From an uncultured Phycisphaerales bacterium (GTDB taxonomy: Bacteria > Planctomycetota > Phycisphaerae > Tepidisphaerales > Tepidisphaeraceae): a stretch of 64,000 bases of DNA. The position numbers and the translations under genes are program-made. The notes under the pieces are model-generated. The model was not told the DNA's origin. It saw only the letters and a program-made list of their open reading frames with translations, and did not search any database. The DNA lies in contig CAVWLP010000002.1 in assembly GCA_963755915.1 (NCBI GenBank), forward strand, positions 1,600,001-1,664,000, written 5' to 3'. Shown in pieces: positions 1 through 10,631 of the stretch (the stretch's first letter is position 1; the number at the start of each line of letters is the position of its first letter).

Positions 1-3
1 AGC

Positions 4-1098
4 GTGAACATTACCTCGGCCAAAGGCTCAAAACTTGGGCACCTCGCCAGGCAGATTGAAGGCGATATTCGAGCCCGCGGTCTCCGGCCGGGCGATCGAT
101 ACCATAGCTGCGCAAATGTCGGCATGCTTCTGGGCGTCAGCGCGGCCACGGCCCACCGGGCGATGAATGTCCTCGTCCAGGAACAGGTTCTCACCCGCGA
201 GCATGGCAGAGGAACCTTCGTTGGACACGGAGTCGAACCAGCCCCATCCGTTGCCGTTCGCACCGTCTATATTCTGATCGAAGAACAACAGCGCGATCTG
301 ACCAGCGTTCCGCTTGATGTCCTTGTCTCTTCCGTCCGTGCGGAGCTTCCGCAAACCAATGTCCAGTTCAGCTTTATCTCAGGCCGATCGAGCCTGGAAT
401 TTCTGAGACAATTGGTCGAGGTTGCCCAGCTTGCGGGGCAGTTCGCCGGCGCTATTCCGATCAGTTGCTCGCGAGAGGTCTACAAGTATTTGTCGGAGAC
501 CGGGGAACCGGTCGTGGTGCTCGGCTCCCTTTATCCCGATCAGTGGCAACTGCCGTCCGTCGATCTCGACTACCAGCAGTCGGGATACCTGATGAGTAAT
601 TTCCTGGCCTCGCGCGGGCATCGCAAGCTCGCGCTGCTGACCACCGGTGGCGGCCGGCCGGGCGACAACGCATTTTACGACGGCGTCGTTGAGGCAATCA
701 CCGCAGCCCATCTGCCTCCCAATTCCCTGTTGCTGCGCATTTTCCCCCAGGATTTTGACGGATTTCACAGCCAGATCCGCGAAATGCTCCAGCGCGACGA
801 CAGGCCGACAGGCATCATGTGTGCCAGCGATCGCCTGGTAAGCGCCGTGGCGTTTGCCGCCCGCGAAATGGGATTGAAGATTCCGGGCGATCTCGAACTG
901 GTGTTTGAAAGCCAATCAGCTCCAAGCGAGGCCCTGGGCAAATATCCGTACGTCAAACCCAGACTCTCTTTTTATGAGATTGCCAGGACCGTCGCCCGGA
1001 TGCTGAACCAGGTCTCTAACCGGATTCCGCTCGAGAACAAACGGGTGGTGATTCCGGTGGAGTTGCATTCCGAGACTAAAACAGCCGGCGTTTTTTGA
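4..1098 (+). CDS. GntR-family HTH regulator with LacI-type sugar-binding domain
   Basis: N-terminal GntR wHTH (LRPGDRY...GVSAATAHRAM..L..E..L.REHGRGTFV) followed by a periplasmic-binding-protein-like domain (RGHRKLALL, RPTGIMCASD, LKIPGDLELV). Confidence 0.85.
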   Translation: MNITSAKGSKLGHLARQIEGDIRARGLRPGDRYHSCANVGMLLGVSAATAHRAMNVLVQEQVLTREHGRGTFVGHGVEPAPSVAVRTVYILIEEQQRDLTSVPLDVLVSSVRAELPQTNVQFSFISGRSSLEFLRQLVEVAQLAGQFAGAIPISCSREVYKYLSETGEPVVVLGSLYPDQWQLPSVDLDYQQSGYLMSNFLASRGHRKLALLTTGGGRPGDNAFYDGVVEAITAAHLPPNSLLLRIFPQDFDGFHSQIREMLQRDDRPTGIMCASDRLVSAVAFAAREMGLKIPGDLELVFESQSAPSEALGKYPYVKPRLSFYEIARTVARMLNQVSNRIPLENKRVVIPVELHSETKTAGVF

Positions 1099-1311
1099 AC
1101 CGAAACGACCGCTGTAATGGGTGGCACATTTCCGCCCCGACTGCTGAAAGCCGCGTCTTGCATGTTTGTTGTTTCTTGAGTTGTCGTCAGTATCGCTCCT
1201 GCGACCGTAGCGCGTTTTCGTTGAAAGGGCGCTGAGCCGAAACCGAGCCGTAGGGCTCGCTAAATGCAGAGGTGAGCTATGCTGTGCACTTCGTCCACTT
1301 CTTTCAAAAAA

Positions 1312-2151
1312 ATGCGGGATCGCAGGACCTCGAATTACCGGGGATTTACGCTGGTGGAATTGCTGGTGGTTATTGGGATTATTGCACTATTAATTTCCAT
1401 GCTGCTGCCGGCGCTGAACAAGGCAAGAGACGCCGCGGTAACCACCCAATGCATGAGCAACATGCGCCAGGATGGCCTGGCGATGGCGATGTATGCCTCA
1501 GACAATCCTTGCTGCTTCCCTCCCTATCGTACCGCCCTCAAATTCGGCGCTGTGAGTTACCCCTATTTCTTTGAATACCTGCCGGGATTGTACCAGGCTC
1601 CGAACTCACAGACGTTTCGATGCCCCGCAGACCAGATGCTTGAGGATGATCCTTCGTATCCCACCGGCTCGATGCGCGGCACGTATGACGAGTTAAATCT
1701 CAGCCCGACCGGTCAGCCGATTTCAGATTTGTACTTTAGCTATTGCCTCAATGCAGACGGCCCGCAACTGGGGTATCCCCTATATCCCATAAGTTTATTT
1801 CCACTAACTTCGCCGGCCAGAATCGATGACTTGGGTCTACCCAATCGGTACAATCCGATTATGACAACGTACGTGACTGATTCCACCCATTTTGCGGTAA
1901 TGCTCGAAACTCAGGACGCCGCGCAGCAAGGTTACGATACCAATTGGACGTCCTACCGGTTCGATCACCGCAAAGGGACGTCGCAAAACGTCTTATTTCT
2001 AGACGGCCATGTGGAGACCCTGGTCTTGAAACAATTCCTGCCACCCTCGGCCAATCTTGCTGACCTTGAGCAATACCGTCCCCCTGGATTCCACAGTTTC
2101 TGGTTCGGGCGGGCTGACGCGCTCGACATTTATTTCATTGACGAGCCGTAG
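1312..2151 (+). CDS. Prepilin-type N-terminal cleavage/methylation protein with H-X9-DG motif (DUF1559-like)
   Basis: [42 protein letters not shown] and C-terminal [16 protein letters not shown]; start ATG 1312 assumed (ORF opens at 1279). Confidence 0.9.
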   Translation: MRDRRTSNYRGFTLVELLVVIGIIALLISMLLPALNKARDAAVTTQCMSNMRQDGLAMAMYASDNPCCFPPYRTALKFGAVSYPYFFEYLPGLYQAPNSQTFRCPADQMLEDDPSYPTGSMRGTYDELNLSPTGQPISDLYFSYCLNADGPQLGYPLYPISLFPLTSPARIDDLGLPNRYNPIMTTYVTDSTHFAVMLETQDAAQQGYDTNWTSYRFDHRKGTSQNVLFLDGHVETLVLKQFLPPSANLADLEQYRPPGFHSFWFGRADALDIYFIDEP

Positions 2152-2171
2152 ACATCGCCCTGACATCCCAT

Positions 2172-3410
2172 TTGCCCTCGGTATCGCTTTTTCATGTTGG
2201 TTTGCGAGAAATGCTTCGGATTCCCTCCGGCCGCCGTACGCGAAGGAACCGCGTCGTGAGACGCAAGCAGTATTGCCTGATATTTGCATTAGTATCGATC
2301 ATCTTTAGAAGCGCAACTGCGCAATCGAATACCACCACCTCATCTGCTCCCGTCCTGTTGTCGCGCTCGGTCATCTTTAATTATCCTGAAACCGATCCAT
2401 ACGACCCGACTAATCGTTACGGCTACAACCATGCGCCCAGCATCGTGACTTTGGCAAACGGCGATCTACTCTGCGCCTGGTTTTCTGGGCCCTACGAGGC
2501 GGCAGTAAATCAGGTGATCCTCGCTTCCCGCTCGCGCGATCACGGCCTGACGTGGGAAAAAGCATACGTGCTGAACAGAACTGTACATCAGTCTGATTTC
2601 GATCCCGCCTTCATCGCCGACGCCGATCGCACCTGGATTTTTTTCACCAACGGACGTTGGGACAAGTACCCGCTTCTCAAGCACGAACTTGAGGGCGCCG
2701 TCGGAATCGCATCGTATCACACCAATTGCATGTTGACGTTCGACAGTGGACTGACATGGACCGATCCCTTTCAGTTTCCCGACACTTTTTTCTGCCGAAG
2801 CAACGGCATCAGACTCAGCTCCGGCGAACTGCTGCTCCCGGTATACAAGGTGAGGCCCACGGGCAAAGACGGCGAAGCTTACGCCTTTCGCTCCATTGAC
2901 GGCGGCAAGCATTGGGCCATGGGAAACGGCATTTGGTCGTCAGCTGGCGCCGACGAACCCAGCATCGCGGAAGTTTCCGGTGGAAGGGTCATCATGATCC
3001 TTCGCACGGTGGACGGGCTCCTGTGGCGGTGTTATTCCTCCGACAAAGGACAAACATGGTCGCAGCCGATCAAATCGGACATACCCGCCGCCTGGTCATC
3101 GCATAACATTTTTCGGCTTCGCGACGGACGCCTTGCACTCACCCACAGCCCGTGCCCGGCGAAATTCAGGACGCCGTTGACCATTCGGATTTCCGATGAC
3201 GACGGCCAGACCTGGGGGCACCCGTTGCTACTTGCCCAGGTGTCGCCGCCGCCACTGGCCCGCGAGCACCAGGTGACGTATCCATCCGTAACGCAACTGT
3301 CAGACGACACGCTGGTCGTTGTGTGGGCTGAAATCGTACTCAACGACAACCAGCAATATGGAAATATCTGGTCCGCCCGTGTAAGCGTTCCGCCGATCGG
3401 CCGTTCTTAA
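2172..3410 (+). CDS. Secreted BNR/Asp-box sialidase-like glycoside hydrolase
   Basis: Asp-boxes SRDHGLTW, TFDSGLTW, SIDGGKHW, SSDKGQTW, SDDDGQTW; YNHAPSI and TYPS motifs; hydrophobic signal stretch; true start probably downstream of 2172. Confidence 0.85.
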   Translation: MPSVSLFHVGLREMLRIPSGRRTRRNRVVRRKQYCLIFALVSIIFRSATAQSNTTTSSAPVLLSRSVIFNYPETDPYDPTNRYGYNHAPSIVTLANGDLLCAWFSGPYEAAVNQVILASRSRDHGLTWEKAYVLNRTVHQSDFDPAFIADADRTWIFFTNGRWDKYPLLKHELEGAVGIASYHTNCMLTFDSGLTWTDPFQFPDTFFCRSNGIRLSSGELLLPVYKVRPTGKDGEAYAFRSIDGGKHWAMGNGIWSSAGADEPSIAEVSGGRVIMILRTVDGLLWRCYSSDKGQTWSQPIKSDIPAAWSSHNIFRLRDGRLALTHSPCPAKFRTPLTIRISDDDGQTWGHPLLLAQVSPPPLAREHQVTYPSVTQLSDDTLVVVWAEIVLNDNQQYGNIWSARVSVPPIGRS

Positions 3411-3418
3411 GTCTGGAT

Positions 3419-4174
3419 TCACTGAATCACTTTCAAAACACCGTCAGCGATGATCCGGTGCCCTGCGGCATTGGGATGCATGCCGTCCATAAGTAGATCG
3501 GCGAGCTGATGCCCGGGCGCCGCAGCATAAGCGCGAAACATCTTATCAACGTCCACCAGCGACACCCCCTCCCCCGCCGCCACTCGCCGAACCGCCTCCG
3601 CATATCGCTTCAGGTAAACATTCCACCCATCCGGATCGTCCGGCCGATAAGGAGCACGACCATAGAGCTTGAGAATCTCCGGCGTCCACGCGACAGGATT
3701 TGGCGTCAGCAAAGTCGGCCTCCCCCCGGCCGCGCGAACCCGCTCCACAATCGTCCGCAAGTTCGATTCATATTCTGCCAGCGGAACCCGCGGCTCCGTC
3801 GCGCCCTTCCATACATCCACCGCGGAATCGTTAATCCCAAAAAAGATCGTGACGATGTCCGGATGCCGAGAGATCACATCGCGATCGAGCCGCGCCAGCG
3901 CGCTTCGTGTCGTGTTTCCCGGCACGCCGGCGTTGATAATTGCCACCGAAGGCATCCGATCGTGAAGGATGGTCGCAAATACACGAATATTTCCCCGAGG
4001 CGCACTCGTTGAATCGCCAAAAATCACAATGACGCGCGGCAAAGGCGGTGGCCCCGGATGAGAAGCACTGCTGCACGAGGGTGCAAACATCAGAAAGCCC
4101 AGTGGCAGCGACCAGATTACCCCCGGGATTCGAAAAACCGCTTGAACGCGAGACAAAGCTTCGATGCGCTTCAA
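3419..4174 (-). CDS. SGNH/GDSL esterase
   Basis: Blocks FGDST, NAGVPG, FGINDS, DGMHPN. Confidence 0.9.
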   Translation of the reverse strand: MKRIEALSRVQAVFRIPGVIWSLPLGFLMFAPSCSSASHPGPPPLPRVIVIFGDSTSAPRGNIRVFATILHDRMPSVAIINAGVPGNTTRSALARLDRDVISRHPDIVTIFFGINDSAVDVWKGATEPRVPLAEYESNLRTIVERVRAAGGRPTLLTPNPVAWTPEILKLYGRAPYRPDDPDGWNVYLKRYAEAVRRVAAGEGVSLVDVDKMFRAYAAAPGHQLADLLMDGMHPNAAGHRIIADGVLKVIQ

Positions 4175-4183
4175 AATGAACCT

Positions 4184-5209
4184 TCAATCGCCATGCACTT
4201 TCGGCTGAATCGCGATGTCCACCGCCGTGCGTCGGCCGCTTTCGGAGCTGCTTTCGGCCGCCGCCAGCGTGGCCGTCGCCCATGCCGAGGCCTGATAAGC
4301 TTGCGGCCACTGGGCGCCGCGTTGAATTGCATCAATAAATAAACTGATCTCCCGACGATAGCTTTCTTCCAGAACGTCTTTCATCGCACCCAGGTTTCTC
4401 ACATCGCGCGCACCCTTGCGATATTCCCGGCGAATTTCCCCGGAAAACAAATCGAAAAACACCTGCCCCGCATCCCCGAAGCACCACCCTTGCCGCAGCG
4501 AGCCGGGACATCCCATGAGCACCATGAGCTGTCCGGCCCCGCCATTTTCGAGACGCATTTCCAGCGACCACGTGTCCTCGACCACCCCCGGCAGGCTCCC
4601 GCCGCAGGTCACAACTCCCATGACGTCACGCGGCATGCCAAATACAAAATCGAGCCACAGCAATTCGAACGGAACCATCTCGCGCCCCGCCGCCGTGTTG
4701 CGGTGCCGCGCATAAAACTCCGGACCTTCGCTCGGGTGCCAGTCCGGCATAAAGGTGTTCAACACCATCTGATATCCCTGCATACGGCCAAGTTCTTCCC
4801 GCACGATGCGCGACAACTCCTGAACAGCTGGAAGAAAATAGAGCGACGATGAAGGCGCACTGATCAGCGATTTAGCTTCGGAAACCTGCCGAACGAGCTG
4901 CGGATCGATCGTCCAGATATTCGCTTCGCAAAAATGGTGAAGTCCCGTTTCCAGGGCCAGATGGACGTACTGGTCATGCGACTGGGGCGGCGTGGATATC
5001 GACAAGGCCTGTGGCGCCCACCGCAGCGCTTCGTTCAAATCGCCGAACGTCGTGAGCCTGGAATTGAGCGAAGCCGCCTGCTGCCGGCGATCCTGCCGAG
5101 TTTCGAAAAGTGCCAACTCGACATCATCGCGATCCTTCAGGTTGCGCAGCCGGCGCTTGCCCATCGATCCGGCTCCTATCTGCAGCACCCGTATTTTTTC
5201 GCCCGTCAT
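4184..5209 (-). CDS. Gfo/Idh/MocA family oxidoreductase
   Basis: Rossmann motif IGAGSMGKRR, ISTPPQSH, HHFCE. Confidence 0.85.
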   Translation of the reverse strand: MTGEKIRVLQIGAGSMGKRRLRNLKDRDDVELALFETRQDRRQQAASLNSRLTTFGDLNEALRWAPQALSISTPPQSHDQYVHLALETGLHHFCEANIWTIDPQLVRQVSEAKSLISAPSSSLYFLPAVQELSRIVREELGRMQGYQMVLNTFMPDWHPSEGPEFYARHRNTAAGREMVPFELLWLDFVFGMPRDVMGVVTCGGSLPGVVEDTWSLEMRLENGGAGQLMVLMGCPGSLRQGWCFGDAGQVFFDLFSGEIRREYRKGARDVRNLGAMKDVLEESYRREISLFIDAIQRGAQWPQAYQASAWATATLAAAESSSESGRRTAVDIAIQPKVHGD

Positions 5210-5226
5210 GAAATCTTCCCGTCACA

Positions 5227-6581
5227 TCAGGTCAATCGGCTGAAGCCGCTGTGGGCGACAGGCCCGCGCAGCCGGGTGGTCACATCCCCTTTTGCCGCAG
5301 CGTCGGCGAGAACCGCAAAGGTTTCATCCAGCGCGGCGATATAACTATCGAGAATCGGTCTTTCGTGCGCGACGGTCGGATAGAACACCACGTTGGCCAG
5401 GAAACCGCGATCCAGCATCTCCTGCGTCAGCAGCGTGCGCAGCGCCGGATTTTTCGCCGTAATTGAGCGAGAACGTGCACAGCGCGGACCAGCCCGATAC
5501 CGTCAAATCCAATCCATGCCGGCTTGCCAGGGATTTCCACGCCGCCTGAACAGTTGCCCCCGCTTCCTGCACCAGCCCGCTGGCGTTGATCCGCTGCATT
5601 TTCGAGAGCGTCGCCAGCGCCGCCGCCGGCCCGATTGCTTCGGTCCAGAAGCTGCTGCTGATGAACGAATCCTGAGCGGCCTGCATGACCTCGGCGGTGC
5701 CCAGAACTGCTGCCATTGGCAATCCATTGCTGAACGACTTGGCGAATACAGCAATATCAGGATTAACCCTCAATCGCAGGTGAACGCCGCCCAGGCAATG
5801 CCGCCACCCCGCTGTGATCTCGTCGAAAATGAGCACCGCCCCGGTCCGGTCGGCGACTTCGCGAACGCGCTGGAGAAAATTGTCGCTCGGCTCAGAAAAT
5901 CGCATCGGCTCCATGACAATGGCCGCCAACGACGATCCCGCACGCGAAGCAATCGCTTCAAGCTCCTCAATATGGTTGTAGCGGAAGGTCAGCGCGGTGC
6001 CGGTCAATTCGCGCGGAACTCCGCTCGGTTGAAGACCCGGCAGCAGATGCCCGTCGAGGGCACGATCCGTCGAAAGATTCGCGGCGATATACCAGTCGGC
6101 CCACCCGTGATACCCGCAGCACGCGATAACCGAACGCTCCGTAAACGCGCGGGCGATGCGCACCGCGACGGCCATGGCCTCGCCGCCAGTCCGCGTAAAC
6201 CGAGCCATCGCCGCCCAGGGATGCAAATCGCACAGCCGCTGCGCGAGCTCCACCTCATCCGGCGGGTTCAGCGTGGTCATGTTCCCGCAATCGATTGCGC
6301 GCTTTCGCAGCAGCATTCACATCGTCGTCCGCATAACCCAGCAGGCACGCGCCGATGCCCGTCGTTGTCATGTCGATGAAGCGGCGGCCCTCCAGGTCCC
6401 AGATCTCACACCCTTTGGCACGCGTGTAGTAAACCGGCCATCCGTCCGGAAGAAACAGTTCCGGCCGCTTGCTCAGCAATTGCGTACCGCCGGGAATCAG
6501 CTCTTTGGCCTGCTCATAGCGCTTCCATCCCTTGTTGCGCTGCTCCTCGGCAGCCTCAGGCGTTATTGAATGAGTTGGCAT
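5227..6581 (-). CDS. Class III PLP aminotransferase (GSA-aminomutase-like), split by two frameshifts
   Basis: Three overlapping ORFs join: PGGTQLLSKRPE..RAKGCEIWDLEG / FTRTGGEA, GYHGW, LIFDEITAGWR, PDIAVFAKS / MLDRGFLA; shifts near 6300 and 5445. Confidence 0.85.
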
Positions 6582-6632
6582 AAAACTTTCCTTGATTCGC
6601 AACGAAATAGAGCCGGCGTAAAATATTCACCA

Positions 6633-7778
6633 TCACTTTTGAACGGTCTTAACGGACTCCCTCTCAACAAGCCGGCCGGGAACAAAGACCGGCTCCGTTG
6701 GCACCGAGCGGCGCTCGGCAAAGCTGGTAAGAATGTTTGCGACCTGTTCGCCGATCAATTCTGCTTGCGGGACATAGCTTGTTATAGCGACCGGCGCCGA
6801 AAGATGCTGAACATTCTGGCCGTAACCGACCAACGAGATGTCTTCAGGAATTCTCAGACGCAACTGATTCGCCGCGGCCAGCATCGCCTGGCAGACTCGC
6901 CAGCTTTCGGCAAATATCGCCGTGGGCCTTGACGGCCCGCTCAGCAACTCTGCAAACAATTGCATCAGCGGTTCCCCCGTGTACGCCTGACAGAGCAGTT
7001 GTCGATTGAGTGGCACCGACGCCTCCGCAAACGCATCGCGATACCCGCTGGCAAACAGTGCATACGCCGCCTGATCGATGGTTGATCCACAAACCATTGC
7101 GATTCGCCGATGACCGCGGTCGATCAGATGCTTAACGCATTCCCTGCTCACAGCTCGAATGTCGGGACCCACCCACGGCGCCGCCAGCGGTGAGAACGAG
7201 CACGAAGAGACCACCGGCAATTCTTCCTTCACAAGCGAGCGATACGGTTCAAAGCAGGTTCCGATGGCGCAAATGCCTTCGAGATGTCCGCGTTCCAGTA
7301 ATCGCCGCAAGCGAGCCTCGTCGTCCGGCCGGTTTTCACCGACCCCAAGGATCTGAACAGCAAATTCCTTGTTTGCCAGCGATCTTTCGATCAAACGCAA
7401 AACGGTCGCGAAGGCAAAATCTTCGTTCAACTGGGCGGTTTGTTCGTTCGAGCAAATGACCAGAACCGTTCCGCGAAGCAGATGGCTCCTGGAAATCGAC
7501 CCCGTCACATTCCCCACAAACGTTCCGCGCGCCTGCTTGCGCGATACGTACCCATCCTGCTCCAGCACCGCCAGAGCCTGACGCACTGTGGCCCGGCTAA
7601 GGCGGTGTCGCGCAATCAATTCCGTTTCAGTCCCGATTAAGTCTCCGGGTTTCAGCCCGCGAGTTGTGATGTCCAGCAAAACTTTTTGAGCGAGATGGAG
7701 GTACTTCGGCGTGAAATGAAAATCACCCCGGTGAAGTAGTGATGATTTGCCGTCTCCACTCGACGAACCCATAGACAA
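6633..7778 (-). CDS. GntR/LacI-type transcriptional regulator
   Basis: LKPGDLIGTE.EL..RH.LSRATVRQAL..L...G...RKQARGTFV, plus LacI-like C-domain (RGHRRIA, RPTAIF, LRIPEDISLVGY). Confidence 0.85.
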   Translation of the reverse strand: MSMGSSSGDGKSSLLHRGDFHFTPKYLHLAQKVLLDITTRGLKPGDLIGTETELIARHRLSRATVRQALAVLEQDGYVSRKQARGTFVGNVTGSISRSHLLRGTVLVICSNEQTAQLNEDFAFATVLRLIERSLANKEFAVQILGVGENRPDDEARLRRLLERGHLEGICAIGTCFEPYRSLVKEELPVVSSCSFSPLAAPWVGPDIRAVSRECVKHLIDRGHRRIAMVCGSTIDQAAYALFASGYRDAFAEASVPLNRQLLCQAYTGEPLMQLFAELLSGPSRPTAIFAESWRVCQAMLAAANQLRLRIPEDISLVGYGQNVQHLSAPVAITSYVPQAELIGEQVANILTSFAERRSVPTEPVFVPGRLVERESVKTVQK

Positions 7779-8117
7779 ACCCGCCGCTAATACCTGTACT
7801 CTTGCCGCGACCTCGTCAGATTATACCAATTATGTATCGAATTTCGACTTATTTGTCCGTATTTTTGGCCAAATCGGAAATCCATCGAATTATTTCCTCT
7901 ATTCAACCGAAATTCCTCCGAGAGATGCCCGCCAACCGCCAAATCAACACGTACATATCTTTTTACTATATCAGCAACTACGAAACAATCTCCGCGACTC
8001 TGTTGCGGACAGACTTTTTTCTTGACTTCGAATCGCGCAAAAGTAGCATCGTACGGACAAATGGTATCTATTGCGCGGGAGAACCCCTGTTTGAGGCGAC
8101 ATAGGTTGACGAAAGGT

Positions 8118-10525
8118 ATGTCAGTTATCGCGGGTCTGCTGTTAGCCCTGGCAGCTCTTGGATTGCCCGTGGCTCGGGCCGCCGAGCCCTCCTGGCCAGC
8201 GGACCGCAAGTACCGGATTTTCGTACGCGTAGATCCAATCGATATGGGAAATCACCCGCGGGAGGCCATGGTTGCCTCTATTCATGTCGATTTCAGCAAA
8301 TACCTCTCCGGCAAGTGCGATCTATCCAGTCTCCTGATTCAGCAGTATGACCCCGACACCGGTCAAATCATCGATACGCACGACAATGCCCTCGCGACTG
8401 TTCCCGGTGAACTTCCCCTTCGCTTTTATGACGATCAGGTTCCCTGGATGTACCCCGATTACCAGGGATATTCTGATCCCAAGACCGGTATGGCACTGCC
8501 GATCCGCATCATTCCCGGCGGTGGCCGATTCTTTAACACAATCGGCGACGGGCGCACCGGAAAAATCGCCTGGGCTCACATACAGACCGGAAACAACCCG
8601 AGCTACTACGAAATATCATTCAGCGAGCTTCCGCCTGGCGCCGGCGATCGCCCGCCACCGGCCGGAATGCTCGGCGATGGTGTAAATCGCTGCCTTCCCA
8701 TGGGCGGTGACACCTCCGTTCCCGTCATCCACGCCCGCGTTGCCGTGGGCGATCTCAGCGGAACCGGAATGTTCGACATGGTCGTCGGCAACGGTACCGG
8801 CACGCTTCTCTGGTACCAGAACCATGGAACCCCAGGACATCCGGTTTTTGACACGGCACGCCTGCTTTGCACCGAAGACGGTACGCCGATCGATGTCGGC
8901 TGGAGTTCGGCGCCCGATCTTGTCGACTGGTACCATCATGGCCTGCTCGACCTCATCGTTGGGGCCGAAAAAGAATCGGTGATCCTTTTTAAGAATGTCG
9001 GGGATAAACATCATCCGGTGTTCCGGTTGATCGGACCGCTGCAGGCCGACGGCAAGCCGCTTCGCGTGCCTCACAATTATTGTGACACGGATCCACAGAA
9101 CAAAATTTATCCGGTCGACTACGAGCCCGTGCCCCAGGCCGTTGACTGGACCGGCAACGGCAAACTCGATCTTCTGGTCGGCGGCTATATCACCGGCAGA
9201 GTCTTCTATTACGAGAACACAGCCGATTCACCGGATGATCCTCCGAAGCTGTCCTATCGCGGCCCCCTCCAGGCAGATGGCAAAGACGTCGATGTAACCT
9301 GGTGCCGCCCCCTGCGCCGCCGATTTCCGTCACTGCGGAAAGCTCGATCTCATCAGCGGCGCAATGCAGGTCACGGCCGGCGGCGCGGACTGGGCCGATC
9401 CAGCCAGGGCCATGTGGTACTACGAAAACGTCGGCACCCGCCAGAACCCCGTGCTGCACCACGTTCCTTTCCCCTCCTCCGGGCAATTTCCCTTTGGAGC
9501 TTTGGCTACCCCGCGCGGTCGACATCACCGGCAATGGCATGCTCGACCTGGTTACCAGCGTCGATCAGGAAATTTACCTTATTCGCAATATCGGCACACC
9601 AACCAATCCCTTATTCGATGCCAGCTCCAAGCCGATCAAGATGCCCTGGGGTGCAGCAAACCTGATGTTCGACCCCCAGTTCATCGATTTCAGGCACAGC
9701 GGATGGCCCGATATCTTCTACAGGGATGAAATACAGCTCAACAGCCAGCGCGGCACTCCGGGTTTCTTTGATCAGATCGTCCCGCTGCCTGGTGCCGAGT
9801 CAATTCACCATCCCGCGCCTCGCGGCGATCCATGGGACACGCGCGTATTGGCTGACGTCGACGGCGACGGCAAGCCCGACATCCTCGTCACCGACAACGA
9901 CGGGTGCATTTGGTTTCACAAGAACATCGGAACCGCCGATCAACCCCGATTCGATTCCGAAGGCGTGCGATTGAAGCTCACCGACGGCAACTTCGTACAG
10001 GTCGGCATTCCAGCCAAAGGCGCCGCTGCATTCGATGTGCTGCAAGGCGCGCGCCCCTGGGCGGCAGTGATCGACATGAACCACACCGGCTTCGGCGATC
10101 TGGCAATTTCCGACGAGTATGGGCAAGTTCATTTGTTCCTTCACGATCCCAGTGACAAACCCGGCGAAACCCCGAGATTTCTACCCGGAATCGCCCTCCC
10201 CAGCATGGAGCCGGTTCGTTTGGTCGTGCGAAAAATCGATTGGAATCACGACGGCTGGGACGACCTGATCTTCGCCTACGCCGACGATCACTATTACATT
10301 CTCTTGAACGAGCCCGGCCCCAATGGCACGCGCCAATTTTCTGCCCCGCAGAAAATAGACGTCCCCGGCTGCTATGGCGATCCATTCATTTCCGTCGTCG
10401 ATTGGAACCGTGACGGTGACGCCGATCTGATGATAAACCAATACGGCTACATACGTTTCGTCGAACAATCGTTTATCCAGCACGGTTACATCAACGGGGA
10501 GCCGCTGACCGCAGAATCCCGTTAA
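8118..10525 (+). CDS. Secreted FG-GAP/VCBS-repeat beta-propeller protein, split by two frameshifts (~9305, ~9515)
   Basis: Repeats GDLSGTGMFDMVVG, VDWTGNGKLDLLVG, ADVDGDGKPDILV, DWNRDGDADL with YENxGT linkers across ORFs 8022-9665, 9364-9729, 9302-10525; signal peptide. Confidence 0.8.
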
Positions 10526-10631
10526 CGCGTCGCGCGGCGCAAGATGTTTTCATCGTCCCGGCAGGTCGTTCCAGCCAAACGCCGGCGCTGCGATATACTG
10601 ATCGCCAGCGCTTTCGACTTTCTCGAACCAC

